Notes: generated by a model not told the origin, from the letters alone. DNA of 64,000 nt from Naegleria gruberi (GCA_000004985.1 GG738849.1); one strand, 5' to 3'. Positions 23,453-34,801 are shown, counted from the stretch's first letter. Numbers and translations: made by a program.

Positions 23453-26400
23453 ATGGAAGGTGTGAGAGAGATTGAAGATGATATTTCATCATCATCGTCA
23501 TCTGTTGCAGAATTAGTTACGGATTTTCAATCAATTGGTAAAAATTTAATTCAAGATCATCAACAGTATGATGGGACATCAGATAATTTTCTGATGAGTT
23601 ATTCACTCTCATTTAGGAATGACAACACAACACAGGATTTGGAGGCTAATCTAAATCCGAAACGAGATGAAAATGAAAATAATAATAACACAAAGTGGAC
23701 ACCAACGGATAGGCCAATAGGAGCACAAATAGGATATAATCTTGAAGATGATGAATATTTATTGGTTGATGTTGGAGATAAAGGTGATTTATATACGAGT
23801 CAAACATTTATCAACTCTTCAGTAGTGACAACACCTAGACATGTGGCTTATCCATCCGTAATTCCAGAAAGTTCTGAAGTATTTTTTGATATTCCACATT
23901 ACAGTACGGATACAGTCAAGTTGGATCTCGATATTTTGGGAAGTGGCTCGGATATTCAAATAAGCTCTGTAATTGATAATTCAAAGGAGTATAAAAGTAT
24001 TGGAAGTTATTTGTATCCTACCAATAGTACTACCCCAACAGTAGATTTAGTTCCCCTTCTTCAGTCTCAAATAGGATTGGGATATGTAAATAATTTATTA
24101 CTGACAGAAGCTGATGTGTTGGATTATTTGGGGAAGCATACCTTTAGTATGGATCATGAATTTTACATAATGTGCTATGAATATTATCAATCCTTTTCAG
24201 AGTTGACCAGACTGAGATCTGAAATGGACCACCTACTCACTGAACAAGAAAATATCGAAAGAAATTTATTTATTTTAAATGAACAACAGATAAAATCTCC
24301 CATGTGTGATTGTGGGGATGGATACCAAGTACATGGTTATGTAAAGGCACTCACTGCCACTTTGGATCACAAGCAAAAGAGTAACCTGATCAAAAATCAA
24401 GAAAATCTGAGGAATCTCTATCACGACAAGATTGTAGAGGTAAACATGTTGAACAGATATTTCCATCTTAAAGTTTCCCGATATATTGGAGATATTATTC
24501 AAAACGAACCTCTATTTAACAATTATCTGAGGTACGAGCTTTACACCTTGTCGGTAGAAGATATGATGCACAAGCAGAATTTAAGAGTAGAACAAGACAT
24601 TGCTGCGGTTGATAGACTTAAAGTTGTCATTCAAATACTACTCTATTTCGAGCAAGTATCATGTGAAATTACAACTCTTCATGTTCCTAAAGGATTCTCT
24701 CCTGTTTCTGTAACCATCAGTGGGGAAAATATAGAAAATTTTAGGAAGGAAATTAGGGATTGGGCTTATCTATCAATTGCCTCGCTATTGAGGGTCTCAA
24801 CAGTGGAAGATAATAGGTTTTTAATCTTTGAAATTCTTAAATGCAAACATATTGGAAGTTGGGGGCAAACTTTCCTTCAATTTCCAGGAGTAGATTCTGA
24901 TCAAGCAATTGATACATTTTTGGCATTCCTTTCCCTCTTCTTAACACCAACATTTATAACTGAGAATGAACTAGTTTTGTCAGAAGAAGATTACTTGTCA
25001 TTGTGGACACAAGTTCCTCTTTTTGAAAGTATGGAATACATACTTTCCAAGTGTACTGAGCAATTTGGACTCAACCAAAGCAACTCTACCTTCTCCTCAT
25101 TTTCACAAGCCTTCTCCTTAATTGATACAGTGTTGTACATTTTCTATCAGGCTTTGAGCAATTTCAACAAATCTTCTAATCACAAATCATTTACTAGAAT
25201 GCTCTCTCAGAATATGGCAAGGCTCGTTCAAATGGCTTCCAACTCGCTTGCACAAATAGAAGGGACAAGTCAAGAAGATGTTGAATATCTGTTCAATTCC
25301 TTCTATGTAAAGTGTTTCAAAGGTTTACTTTCATCCTCATCGAGCTTGTGGTCCTTCCTTTCTGAGCTACCATATGAAATTATTTCAGAGCCTTGTGCAT
25401 GCTCGATATTTTGGATTATGTTTCGTGATGAACCTGTGATTGATCTCAAAATAACTTATGATATTTTGAGAGATTTTGATTCATGGCTCAAATTGGTCAC
25501 TGAAGATAAGAGTTTGAGAAATAATTTTATCACACTCTTCCAAAAACCAGAGTGTAGTTATTTATTTCCTGTAATGTCAAGATTGGGCTGTTCTCATTCA
25601 TACGGTCTCGCTGCCATTATAGTTCACGAGCTATTCTTGATTGGTTTCATTAATGAAACTTCTAGAGATACCTATTTTAGAGATGCTACAAAGAATATTG
25701 TTTCAATATGTGAGATACATCCCCGATTGATATCATTACTGCTTGCACTTGTTGTTAAATACTTAAAGTTTGTAGGAAGGTATTCCCTTACCATGTTTAA
25801 ACAACTTGATTTAAAGACGTGGAAATTATCCAAAACAAAAGACTTACCGCTATTGGAAGAGTTAATTCTCAAACCACTCAACTCTACGGAACATGAGCTT
25901 GCCAGATTCATCATAGATCATTTGGCTTGGAATGATTCTACAAAAAACAAGAACTTGACATTGGATGTGCAGAAGGATATACTTTTATTGATGGCAAGAA
26001 CAGTCTCAACACACAAGAAGGATTCACAATATTCCTTCGTTAAAAAGGATCCATGGATTGGTCTCGAGGAATGGTGTTGGTCTGTTGCTCAGAGGGTTAA
26101 AATCTATGACTCTGTCCAAACACCACTCATTCCTATTGAGTCGATTGAACATCCCTCTCTCAATGGACTTTTACATACGATTGAACTATCTGTGAAAAGT
26201 GGCTCAATAGATGGAGTTAGTATATATGCTGTTTTGGCCTTGAGTGATGTAGGCAACAATTTGGAAAAGTATAATGAATATTCATCTGGTTGGTTTGAAG
26301 CTATTGTTAACAACAAGACACAAGAAAGAGCAATCAGACTAATGTATGAAATCAGCATGAGGTTTTGTGAACAAGTCAAGTCTCAAAGCTCAGGAGTTCG

Positions 26401-29400
26401 TACGCCAACAAACCTCACATTCTATCCTCACATGGATAGTATTTTGTATTTGGATACCAAATCTTCATTCATTTCTAGATTGGTCAGCTCGAACAGATAT
26501 ATTGGTGATAATACTCAAAGTCTTTCTACATGCATTTGCAAAGGTATTCAGAGTTTACATGCCTCTGAGAAATTGAACAAGTTGAGAAGTTTTACTCTAT
26601 TTTGGGTAAATGAAATTACGAAAATTTCTAATTGGACCAATAATCCATGCTGCCTCTTCCTTATGAATCAAATTTCCAAAGTAATAATCCACTTGAATAT
26701 GATTAATGTTACAGGTATTTCAAATATCATTTCAACTCTACCTGAAATGGATATGTTTGCTCTCCAATCTTCTGGAATATTTACCTCTTCATCCACTGTA
26801 ATTACCACTTCTGCATTCAATAAGGACATTAATCCTCAGATTCAATATCCATATTTTTCTTTTATTTATTTGATTGGATTGTCGTTATCAGAGTTTCACA
26901 AACGTCAACAAGTTGCCAATTCTCTTTTCGAAATGAGAAATACTTTCCCAACTGCTGTAAAATCCTTTGAGGCAGTTAAATTCTGTATTTATAGAGTATT
27001 GGCATATTGTGTCAAGTTGACAGAGCAGCTATTGGATACCAGTCAATCACCAACAGATGTCACTAATATTCATTCCATTCTTCCAATGTACTGGCAATTA
27101 TTTTTCCACTTGTACTTTGAAAAGCAATTCACTCCAATGAATACTGTAAGATTTTTCGGCTATCAATTTCTTGAAATACCAACAAAGGAAAAGATTTTCA
27201 CATCAGTTCTCGACAGGTTAGAATCTCTAAAGAAATTCTACACAGAGACACAAAACACTAGTTTTACAACACGAGGAGAGTTGATTGACTTGTACTATGC
27301 AATGATATTATGGCTTAAAGGCACCAAAGATAACTTTTTATACTTTATTGATCAAATATCATCAATTAGCAAGTTTCATCAACCTGCCAGAATTGTTAGT
27401 TCAATTAATGATGACATTGCAAGAGATACTACCAAGTTATGGCATGATTTGATTGATAATATTAACATACAGGAACTTATTAGTAGTGAAGAAAAGAATT
27501 ATATTTCCTCTATTTATCCAACTTTTACTAGCCAATCAAGCACTCTGTCAATCAAAAGCCGATCTTTAGTATTTAATAACCAAAAGATTGATATAATCTT
27601 TTTAAAGCAGAAGGAAAAGGAAATAATGAAGTATTTACCATCTGTTACCATAACTCAGGAACCATTCCCACGAGGATTTATTCTCAATTTGAGTGATTTG
27701 AATGCTATGAAAATTACACAATCCATTGATATTTACCTCAAAGAAAAAGAAATGCAAAGAAGAGCAGACGAGGAATATATTTCCCTCATACCTTATCTCT
27801 ATTTTGAGGTAAAGAAGCAAGCCTCTCTTTCAGTTCCATGCTATAAGGAATTTTTCTGTAAAAGACCAGCCAATATTTACTTCTCCTATTCAGAATCAGT
27901 TAAAAATAATAATAATGAAACTAGAATGAAGGAAAATAGATCATTGGTTATGCGAATTATGGATTCTAAATATGTTGATCATTCACTTTGCAATTTATTG
28001 TATGAATTGGATGTAACTCTAAGAAATGTCAACTCTCAAGGGTTGGGTAGCAAACTTTTCTATGGTCTTTTGCAAATTCACTTTGTTATGTGTGATAGGT
28101 TTGTTCCTTTCAGAAAGATTATGAATCACATCGTATCACAATTTGCTTCCACATTTATAATGAATCAACCAACTGAGATGGAGAGTCTATTGATGAGTAT
28201 GGTTCAAAGTAATGCCTTGATATCTTTACTTTCTCCATTTTTTAATCCTTTACTTTGTCCAGAGTCTTGGGAACGATTCCTTGAAATCATTTTGAACAAG
28301 AAGAAGGAAAACCCTTCAAGTATGTCCCTTCAGATTTACAAAAACTTTGACATCCAAAAGTGGTTGGCATCGTTTTATAATATTGAAAATATTAAATCAC
28401 TGATGGCTCACTCAGTGAGAAATCTCAGAAATTGCAAGATGAATGAGGTAATTGCATTCTATCTTACACTTATACCTGCTTGCATCAATAGTTACCCTTC
28501 TAACTTGTTGGCATTTACATTCTCTCACATGTATTCGTGCATGTTAGAGCTTCCATACCAATTATTAGAATCCTGCAATGACACTATGAGTTTTGAGAAT
28601 TTTGATGATTCATTACTCTGTGATTTTATAGAAATTACCAGAGAATTCTTATGGAACGTCAGAAAAAAGCACAACAACACTCTTTACAATGCTTTGCCAA
28701 AGGAATATTTGAAGGAGATTGTAAGGTTGTTGGAGAAATTTGTTTGTTTTTCTCATCTCAGCAATAGTTTCCTCCAAGAAGGCCAAGTTTTTGAAAAAGT
28801 TTGCAGAGGATATGAAGCATTCATATTGCCAGTTCCAGCCAAAACTAATCTCTCAACATCTGGAGATGTGACAATTCTTCCCTTCCTTGATAATCAAGCT
28901 TCTATGGCATCTTCAGTTCTGGCAAGTTTCGTCAGATGCAATAAGCGTCTCTTGGAATCTAACAAGGGTATTCTCAATCAAGTTTGGAACATTTATTCAC
29001 AACTTATTTTCAATAACATTCTTGATCCAGACTGTCTAAACATGTATCATCAGGAATTGATGTATCTGGATTGGTCAAATTGGACAACAATTAATTTTGA
29101 ACAAATTTCACAAATGTGTGCCATTTTAGAAGTCTCTCCACAGAGAACAACCAAGACAATTTTGTCTGGTCACAGAATATTCGTCAAGAATATTATCAAG
29201 GTCATGTCTTGGAAGATTATTACAGATAATATCGTATTGTGTCATTTGAGTAGTGAAGATATTAGTAAGGTCTATTCGGATATTATTTCCTTGATGGTCT
29301 CCTCTATTCTCAAGTCTACAACACCACAAGTGGATGAAAGTTTGGCTGAATGTGTTGAAAAACTTTTCAATTTTAATATTGAATGGAATAGAATTACTGT

Positions 29401-30820
29401 GGAACATTTTTCAAATATTTTGAAACTCTATAGCAAGCTTTTTATTGAGGTTAAGAACTTTTCATACAATATTCCAAAAAGAAACCTCGATCTCTGCTTT
29501 TCAATTCTTCAAAATGTTTGTCAACCAAGAGAGTCAACAGCCAGCAATAGCTACCCTTCAGCTAACCAATACGATGATTATCCAAATGTAAATCCAAACT
29601 ATCAATCCAATAAGCCACTCACTCTCTACTATATTGATTTTATTATTAGTACTCTGGTTTATAGTTTTTCCTCCAAGCAAACTAGTCCTTCAGTAGTGGA
29701 TAATTATCTAGCAGAGCAAATTACACAACCTTTCGATTGGATTATTGATACAATGGCTCATTATTATGATTACAACTCGTGCACAGAACATTTTGTTCAA
29801 TTGCTAACTTTTACAGATCGTAACTATGCAGAATTTGATACTATTTTCCAATTTATTATTGAAAAGGCATTCCAACACCCAAGCAAATTGTCTATTTGTT
29901 TGTTCTCAGCTGCTCAATCGGTTAAAAATTATTTGAAATCTACGATATTAATGGAATTTGCTCTTAGATCTCATATTAGTCAACCTAATGTTTCTTTCAA
30001 TTATTTAACATCTATTCTATGGTTGCCACCACATGAAGCTCAAAGAAGACAGTTTGCATCTGCATGTATTGAGAAAGGTTGCTCATTGTTGTACTTTGTT
30101 CAAACTCTCAAAAGAATACAAGAAGAGCATGACACTCCACTGGTAATATTTGAAAAGATAATTGAGGAATTTATATTTAATTCCAATGTATTCTGTCCAG
30201 ATCAAGTGAATATTGTCTCACAAATCAAATCCTCCAACATGCTTCGACCAGAGCAATATCTCATTCCAATATGGTCACTCTATGTGAATGTTTTAATAGA
30301 AACGAGACCTGCATCATTCTCCAGTGTCATACCAATAACACAGGGCTATTATTTGAATTTATTACTAGATAAGAACCATAACAAGCTCCCTCCTCAACAG
30401 TACTATCCTGGAGTGGATGGAATATTGTCCCTCTCTAATCTCTTACTCACCATCAGTGAGGACAGAACAGTGGAGAGTACATTCGGCAAGTTAGTTTCCT
30501 TTTTCTCTAAAAAGAGTGACTTTGAGGTTTATAGAAATGATTTCAAATTCTTTTCCAGAGTTTTGGGAGTGTACTTGTTGAAATTCACTGCTAAATATCA
30601 TGTGAACGATCAAAAAGCCATTCAGGAATATCAAAAGTTGAAATCTACACTTGACAAGTACTTTACCAAAACTAGTGACACAAAGGAAAGAAATGCATTG
30701 GAAGTTTTGAACAATTACCTTAATTTATATGGAGAAACCAATTACTTGTTCGGATTTGTTTCCTTGATGGTTGAGCTGATAGGTATTCTTTTTGAATCTT
30801 CTACCTTTCCTAAGTTTTAA
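23453..30820 (+). CDS. Giant 2455-aa single-exon protein of unknown function, predicted alpha-helical repeat scaffold.
   Basis: An uninterrupted 7.4-kb ORF with coding-like composition throughout. I recognise no catalytic motifs, P-loop or TM segments. Confidence 0.6.
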   Translation: MEGVREIEDDISSSSSSVAELVTDFQSIGKNLIQDHQQYDGTSDNFLMSYSLSFRNDNTTQDLEANLNPKRDENENNNNTKWTPTDRPIGAQIGYNLEDDEYLLVDVGDKGDLYTSQTFINSSVVTTPRHVAYPSVIPESSEVFFDIPHYSTDTVKLDLDILGSGSDIQISSVIDNSKEYKSIGSYLYPTNSTTPTVDLVPLLQSQIGLGYVNNLLLTEADVLDYLGKHTFSMDHEFYIMCYEYYQSFSELTRLRSEMDHLLTEQENIERNLFILNEQQIKSPMCDCGDGYQVHGYVKALTATLDHKQKSNLIKNQENLRNLYHDKIVEVNMLNRYFHLKVSRYIGDIIQNEPLFNNYLRYELYTLSVEDMMHKQNLRVEQDIAAVDRLKVVIQILLYFEQVSCEITTLHVPKGFSPVSVTISGENIENFRKEIRDWAYLSIASLLRVSTVEDNRFLIFEILKCKHIGSWGQTFLQFPGVDSDQAIDTFLAFLSLFLTPTFITENELVLSEEDYLSLWTQVPLFESMEYILSKCTEQFGLNQSNSTFSSFSQAFSLIDTVLYIFYQALSNFNKSSNHKSFTRMLSQNMARLVQMASNSLAQIEGTSQEDVEYLFNSFYVKCFKGLLSSSSSLWSFLSELPYEIISEPCACSIFWIMFRDEPVIDLKITYDILRDFDSWLKLVTEDKSLRNNFITLFQKPECSYLFPVMSRLGCSHSYGLAAIIVHELFLIGFINETSRDTYFRDATKNIVSICEIHPRLISLLLALVVKYLKFVGRYSLTMFKQLDLKTWKLSKTKDLPLLEELILKPLNSTEHELARFIIDHLAWNDSTKNKNLTLDVQKDILLLMARTVSTHKKDSQYSFVKKDPWIGLEEWCWSVAQRVKIYDSVQTPLIPIESIEHPSLNGLLHTIELSVKSGSIDGVSIYAVLALSDVGNNLEKYNEYSSGWFEAIVNNKTQERAIRLMYEISMRFCEQVKSQSSGVRTPTNLTFYPHMDSILYLDTKSSFISRLVSSNRYIGDNTQSLSTCICKGIQSLHASEKLNKLRSFTLFWVNEITKISNWTNNPCCLFLMNQISKVIIHLNMINVTGISNIISTLPEMDMFALQSSGIFTSSSTVITTSAFNKDINPQIQYPYFSFIYLIGLSLSEFHKRQQVANSLFEMRNTFPTAVKSFEAVKFCIYRVLAYCVKLTEQLLDTSQSPTDVTNIHSILPMYWQLFFHLYFEKQFTPMNTVRFFGYQFLEIPTKEKIFTSVLDRLESLKKFYTETQNTSFTTRGELIDLYYAMILWLKGTKDNFLYFIDQISSISKFHQPARIVSSINDDIARDTTKLWHDLIDNINIQELISSEEKNYISSIYPTFTSQSSTLSIKSRSLVFNNQKIDIIFLKQKEKEIMKYLPSVTITQEPFPRGFILNLSDLNAMKITQSIDIYLKEKEMQRRADEEYISLIPYLYFEVKKQASLSVPCYKEFFCKRPANIYFSYSESVKNNNNETRMKENRSLVMRIMDSKYVDHSLCNLLYELDVTLRNVNSQGLGSKLFYGLLQIHFVMCDRFVPFRKIMNHIVSQFASTFIMNQPTEMESLLMSMVQSNALISLLSPFFNPLLCPESWERFLEIILNKKKENPSSMSLQIYKNFDIQKWLASFYNIENIKSLMAHSVRNLRNCKMNEVIAFYLTLIPACINSYPSNLLAFTFSHMYSCMLELPYQLLESCNDTMSFENFDDSLLCDFIEITREFLWNVRKKHNNTLYNALPKEYLKEIVRLLEKFVCFSHLSNSFLQEGQVFEKVCRGYEAFILPVPAKTNLSTSGDVTILPFLDNQASMASSVLASFVRCNKRLLESNKGILNQVWNIYSQLIFNNILDPDCLNMYHQELMYLDWSNWTTINFEQISQMCAILEVSPQRTTKTILSGHRIFVKNIIKVMSWKIITDNIVLCHLSSEDISKVYSDIISLMVSSILKSTTPQVDESLAECVEKLFNFNIEWNRITVEHFSNILKLYSKLFIEVKNFSYNIPKRNLDLCFSILQNVCQPRESTASNSYPSANQYDDYPNVNPNYQSNKPLTLYYIDFIISTLVYSFSSKQTSPSVVDNYLAEQITQPFDWIIDTMAHYYDYNSCTEHFVQLLTFTDRNYAEFDTIFQFIIEKAFQHPSKLSICLFSAAQSVKNYLKSTILMEFALRSHISQPNVSFNYLTSILWLPPHEAQRRQFASACIEKGCSLLYFVQTLKRIQEEHDTPLVIFEKIIEEFIFNSNVFCPDQVNIVSQIKSSNMLRPEQYLIPIWSLYVNVLIETRPASFSSVIPITQGYYLNLLLDKNHNKLPPQQYYPGVDGILSLSNLLLTISEDRTVESTFGKLVSFFSKKSDFEVYRNDFKFFSRVLGVYLLKFTAKYHVNDQKAIQEYQKLKSTLDKYFTKTSDTKERNALEVLNNYLNLYGETNYLFGFVSLMVELIGILFESSTFPKF

Positions 30821-30853
30821 ATGGTTTACAAATATTCTGTGAAGATAAATGGT

Positions 30854-33800
30854 TTACAGAGCCAAATGAATAGTTTGAATAATGCCAGAGTTGATATCTG
30901 AGGTTACTTTTCTTGAGGCCATTTGCAAAATGTGAGCATTACCTGTACTTGTTAGGTTGTTTCTTTCAAGAGTAATAAAGTGAATAGCATCATAGTTTTC
31001 TGTTGAAATACCTTCTCCCAAGTATTCTGCTCCTTTATCAGTAATCATATTAGATTCCAAATCAATAAATCCCAATACTGCATTATCTTTCATCTTTTTC
31101 ATATACTCTGACAAAAATAATACACCAGCATCTGTAATGTCATTATTTCTAATGGAGAGTGAAGTCAGAGTATGGTTATTCTCATAGAGTGAATCTACTA
31201 CTTCCTTCAAACCTAAATCACCCACCTTGTTATAATTCAAAACTAGGCATGTAATGGATGTATTATACTCTAATAATTTGCGTAAATAAACACCAGATCT
31301 TGGAGTAAAGTGATTTCCTGATAAGTTCAAATGATAAATATTCGAAGGTTTTCTATTTCCTATCTTGTCCAATAGAATTGAATTGTCACTGAATAATAAT
31401 GATAAATCATCATCACCCAATGAACAATTTCTCAAATCTACACAAATTAAACTCTGTAATAAATTTTCAAACACACAATTCAATGAAACTAGGGAAGTGT
31501 TGGCATTGAATAAGTTAGAATGTGGATAAAAAGTGGAAATAACGCTTCTCATCTCTTCACAGTAATCAAAATCTCCAAGAACATTACCGCTAATAAGGAA
31601 ATGCGATATTGGTTTCTTTGTGAACTTTTCAAATGTCTCCATTGCCTTATCTTTCAATGAGCAATCACTAATTTCAAGCCACCACGATCCACAATTTAAA
31701 TCTTGATATTCACTTGTGTCTCTTGCATACAACTTAGTTGTCAAATCAACAATTGAATCGGAGAGCATATCAGGATTATTGCTCATATTCAATCTGGATA
31801 AGCTTGTATTTCTCTCAATGGATTTCATCAAGTGGCGAGCACTGAGATAGGTTATTCTATTGTTTGTCAAGTCCAAATTTATGAGAGTGTCATTGAATTC
31901 ACCAACATTTCTTTCCAATGTTGGTTCATTAGTATTCTTAAATATTTGATCAGTTGGTGAGAAGGCGTTTGCAAATGCCAAAGCTCCCAAATCACCAATG
32001 TAATTTGACTTTAAATTAAGATAGGTCAAGGTTTGATTAGTTCTCAATGCCTCAGCAAGAGAAAAGCCTCCCAACTCTCCAACCTTGTTCTTTTGCAAGT
32101 CCAAATAAGTTAGTGTTTGATTCTTCTTTAGAACTTGTGCCAGACAGATGGCTCCTTTCTCAGTAATTAAATTTCTACCAATTGTAAGAATGAGAATAGA
32201 GCTTGAATTCATTAAACCTCTAGACAAGTATTCTACACCCAAATCTCCTAAATTATTATAGTCGAGAGCTAGTTTGGTAATTTCAAAAGGTCTGTTCTTG
32301 ATTGGTATCTCTGAGACTTGATATAAAAAGTTAGACAAGTGAATGGTACCTTCAGGGTACATTTCTACACTGCTCAAATCAAGAGAAAACGGAACAGGAA
32401 ACTCTGCTCTTTTAGCATTTTGAACACTCTCTATCATGTCACTAAAAACAAATCCTAAATCATCGGATTTTGAGGTCTGTCTACAATCAATACTGAATCC
32501 ATATCTTTCACCTGCTGAGCATTCAAGAGATTTTCTTATAACATAATTTGCGCCCACACTTTGGATAGGATTCAAACGGAAGGAGATTGAAGTCAAGGAC
32601 TTGTTATGTTCCAAAGTGTCAATAATGATTTTGGCACCTTTAGCACCAATAGAATTCCAACGTAAATCCAAAGTTTGGAGAATGCACTTTTCACTCAGCA
32701 AATACTTGGCAATGGCTGGAGCAGATTTATCAGTCAGGAAACAAGCCCCAACGTCAATCAGAGTCAAGTTAGAACATGACTCCAATATTTGGAACAATTC
32801 TATGGCTCCCTTATCTTCAATTCTACAACCTCTGATATCAATTTCTTGCAAGTATGTAATATTTACATGAGGAAGGGCTAAACTCTTTACAATTCCTTCC
32901 CAACCCTGATATGAGAATCTTCTTCCCTTGATTCTAATATTTTCCAAATAGACTTGTCTATCTTTAACATTTGAATAGTAATCATAAATGTAATCTCCCA
33001 TGATTTTTTCGTGAATTTCTCTACCAAAAACAACACCAGTGGTTGATGAGTAGACTCTAATCTTTTCCTCCTCACTCACAATTGAATCGCTCAATTGTTG
33101 AATATCTATATTGTTCAACCTTTGTTTATAATCTACTGTTCTCGGTTCAATGGATTTTGTCAATTCGTCAAAATTCAATTGTTCAAACTTGGTAAGGGTT
33201 GGTTTGGCAAGATCAGTCAGCCTATTCCACTGTTCTGATGGTGTGAATAAATAATTATCAAGTGTGTACATGAGAGATTCTTGAGAAGTTACCAAATGTG
33301 AAGCTCTTCCACGAGTGATTAAACTTTTTTGAATGTGTCTCAAACCGTCATCTTTGGAAACAATGAAAATCCTAGTGTGTAAATCTGTGATACGATGTAA
33401 TGCACCAGCAATGGCTCCTAGTAAATAATCAGCAGCATCCTTGAACTTTTTAAAGTATCCCTTATCATAAAAATCAAATAAATACTTTTCAAATGAATTC
33501 ATTCCACTCAAATTCTGTTCCGACAATCTGATCTTTACAAAGTGTAGACTGGAACCACGTTCACGAAGTACCTCCTCACTCACCTTGATAGAAGTTGAAT
33601 ATTTTGGACCTGCTACACCTATTAAAAGACAATCCTTTCCATAATCAAAGTTCCTCTCCTTGAGTAAAAAGATTGACTGGCCCACATTATCCAAATCAAG
33701 AAGAATAATATTCTTAAATCTTCCATATGGATTTTCATGTTTCTTCTCATTGAAATGCAAGTCCAGAATGTCCTTTGTGTACCAATTTGGTTCAAATGCA

Positions 33801-34801
33801 TTATAGTAACCCCAGACAAAGTATCTCACATTGTCAAGACATGCCTTGTTCATGAAAAATCCACCCCTCTTTACAAAAACCTCCTCAGATATTGTGGAAA
33901 GTGCTGAATCATCAGTTGGAGGTTTCTTTTGTTTCTTTGCTTCTTTCAATAGTTTGTTTCTGATTCGTTTCAATTCCTTCTTGCTCTTCTTTTCTCCCAC
34001 TGTCGAATCCGTTGTTGATGAAGAATCAATAGAAATGTTATCCGATTCTAAAGGTTGTTGTTGTTGATCAGTTGAATTCAATCCCTCTTCTTGTTGAACA
34101 AGATTCAATGGAACAGGTTGAGGATTTTCCTGTTGTTGATTTTGTTGTTGTTGATTTTCTAAGTCCTGTTGTAATAATTGTTGTGTAGCAAGTTTTTGTT
34201 TGACATACTTTTCAACTCCTGGAAATTCCTTCTTCTTTGTTGGAATTGAACTAAATGTTTCAAAATCAACAAATTCATACAATCTCCACCATAATTCCTC
34301 ACAATATAATTTCCACAAACAATCAATATTGGAAACTTTACAAATTTCAAATAATTTATCCATTCTATCACCATCATTTAATATTTCTAAAATTCTTGTT
34401 CGGAAATCAGAGTTATCATCACACTGATCAATTTGACAATAATCAGTGAATAATTTCCTTGCTTCTATCCAAATGGTAGGAATATCCTTTTTGTGAAAAC
34501 ATTTCTTTTCCTTGAAAACTCTAGTGATTGTATAGGTCAAAATTTGTCCAATCTTTTTAATGTATTCTTCATCGAGAATTATTTCTTGATCATCATCGGA
34601 TATGAATTGTGAAAGTAAAAAGGCTTGATTTAATTCCTGTCTTGCAAGGTACATTGACGGAAATCTGCAACATGTTAAATTTAATAACTCAACTAGCAGT
34701 TTTATTCCATTTGATGATGTGTCTTCATCTTGACTGTTCAGAGTTGTAGTAGTAGATAAATTACCACTATATTGATCACCTTGTTGAGAGAGTTCTGACA
34801 T
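30854..34801 (-). CDS. 1315-aa protein with a central NYN/PIN-like nuclease-like region and extensive C-terminal ribonuclease-inhibitor-type LRRs.
   Basis: About 20 RNI-like LRRs (L..L.L..N.IGD.G...LA.AL). In the central region, IILLDLDNVGQS, AADYLLGAIAG and IFIVSKDDGLRH resemble the acidic-residue pattern of the NYN/PIN-like fold (WD.EN .. D..L .. S.D). No P-loop or NACHT found. The N-terminus has a Q-rich low-complexity stretch. Confidence 0.5.
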   Translation of the reverse strand: MSELSQQGDQYSGNLSTTTTLNSQDEDTSSNGIKLLVELLNLTCCRFPSMYLARQELNQAFLLSQFISDDDQEIILDEEYIKKIGQILTYTITRVFKEKKCFHKKDIPTIWIEARKLFTDYCQIDQCDDNSDFRTRILEILNDGDRMDKLFEICKVSNIDCLWKLYCEELWWRLYEFVDFETFSSIPTKKKEFPGVEKYVKQKLATQQLLQQDLENQQQQNQQQENPQPVPLNLVQQEEGLNSTDQQQQPLESDNISIDSSSTTDSTVGEKKSKKELKRIRNKLLKEAKKQKKPPTDDSALSTISEEVFVKRGGFFMNKACLDNVRYFVWGYYNAFEPNWYTKDILDLHFNEKKHENPYGRFKNIILLDLDNVGQSIFLLKERNFDYGKDCLLIGVAGPKYSTSIKVSEEVLRERGSSLHFVKIRLSEQNLSGMNSFEKYLFDFYDKGYFKKFKDAADYLLGAIAGALHRITDLHTRIFIVSKDDGLRHIQKSLITRGRASHLVTSQESLMYTLDNYLFTPSEQWNRLTDLAKPTLTKFEQLNFDELTKSIEPRTVDYKQRLNNIDIQQLSDSIVSEEEKIRVYSSTTGVVFGREIHEKIMGDYIYDYYSNVKDRQVYLENIRIKGRRFSYQGWEGIVKSLALPHVNITYLQEIDIRGCRIEDKGAIELFQILESCSNLTLIDVGACFLTDKSAPAIAKYLLSEKCILQTLDLRWNSIGAKGAKIIIDTLEHNKSLTSISFRLNPIQSVGANYVIRKSLECSAGERYGFSIDCRQTSKSDDLGFVFSDMIESVQNAKRAEFPVPFSLDLSSVEMYPEGTIHLSNFLYQVSEIPIKNRPFEITKLALDYNNLGDLGVEYLSRGLMNSSSILILTIGRNLITEKGAICLAQVLKKNQTLTYLDLQKNKVGELGGFSLAEALRTNQTLTYLNLKSNYIGDLGALAFANAFSPTDQIFKNTNEPTLERNVGEFNDTLINLDLTNNRITYLSARHLMKSIERNTSLSRLNMSNNPDMLSDSIVDLTTKLYARDTSEYQDLNCGSWWLEISDCSLKDKAMETFEKFTKKPISHFLISGNVLGDFDYCEEMRSVISTFYPHSNLFNANTSLVSLNCVFENLLQSLICVDLRNCSLGDDDLSLLFSDNSILLDKIGNRKPSNIYHLNLSGNHFTPRSGVYLRKLLEYNTSITCLVLNYNKVGDLGLKEVVDSLYENNHTLTSLSIRNNDITDAGVLFLSEYMKKMKDNAVLGFIDLESNMITDKGAEYLGEGISTENYDAIHFITLERNNLTSTGNAHILQMASRKVTSDINSGIIQTIHLAL

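Noticed and set aside
30854-34801. NACHT/NB-ARC NTPase domain in the LRR protein (an NLR)
   Set aside because: No Walker A/P-loop (G.{4}GK[ST]) could be found. LLIGVAGPKYS is not a P-loop.
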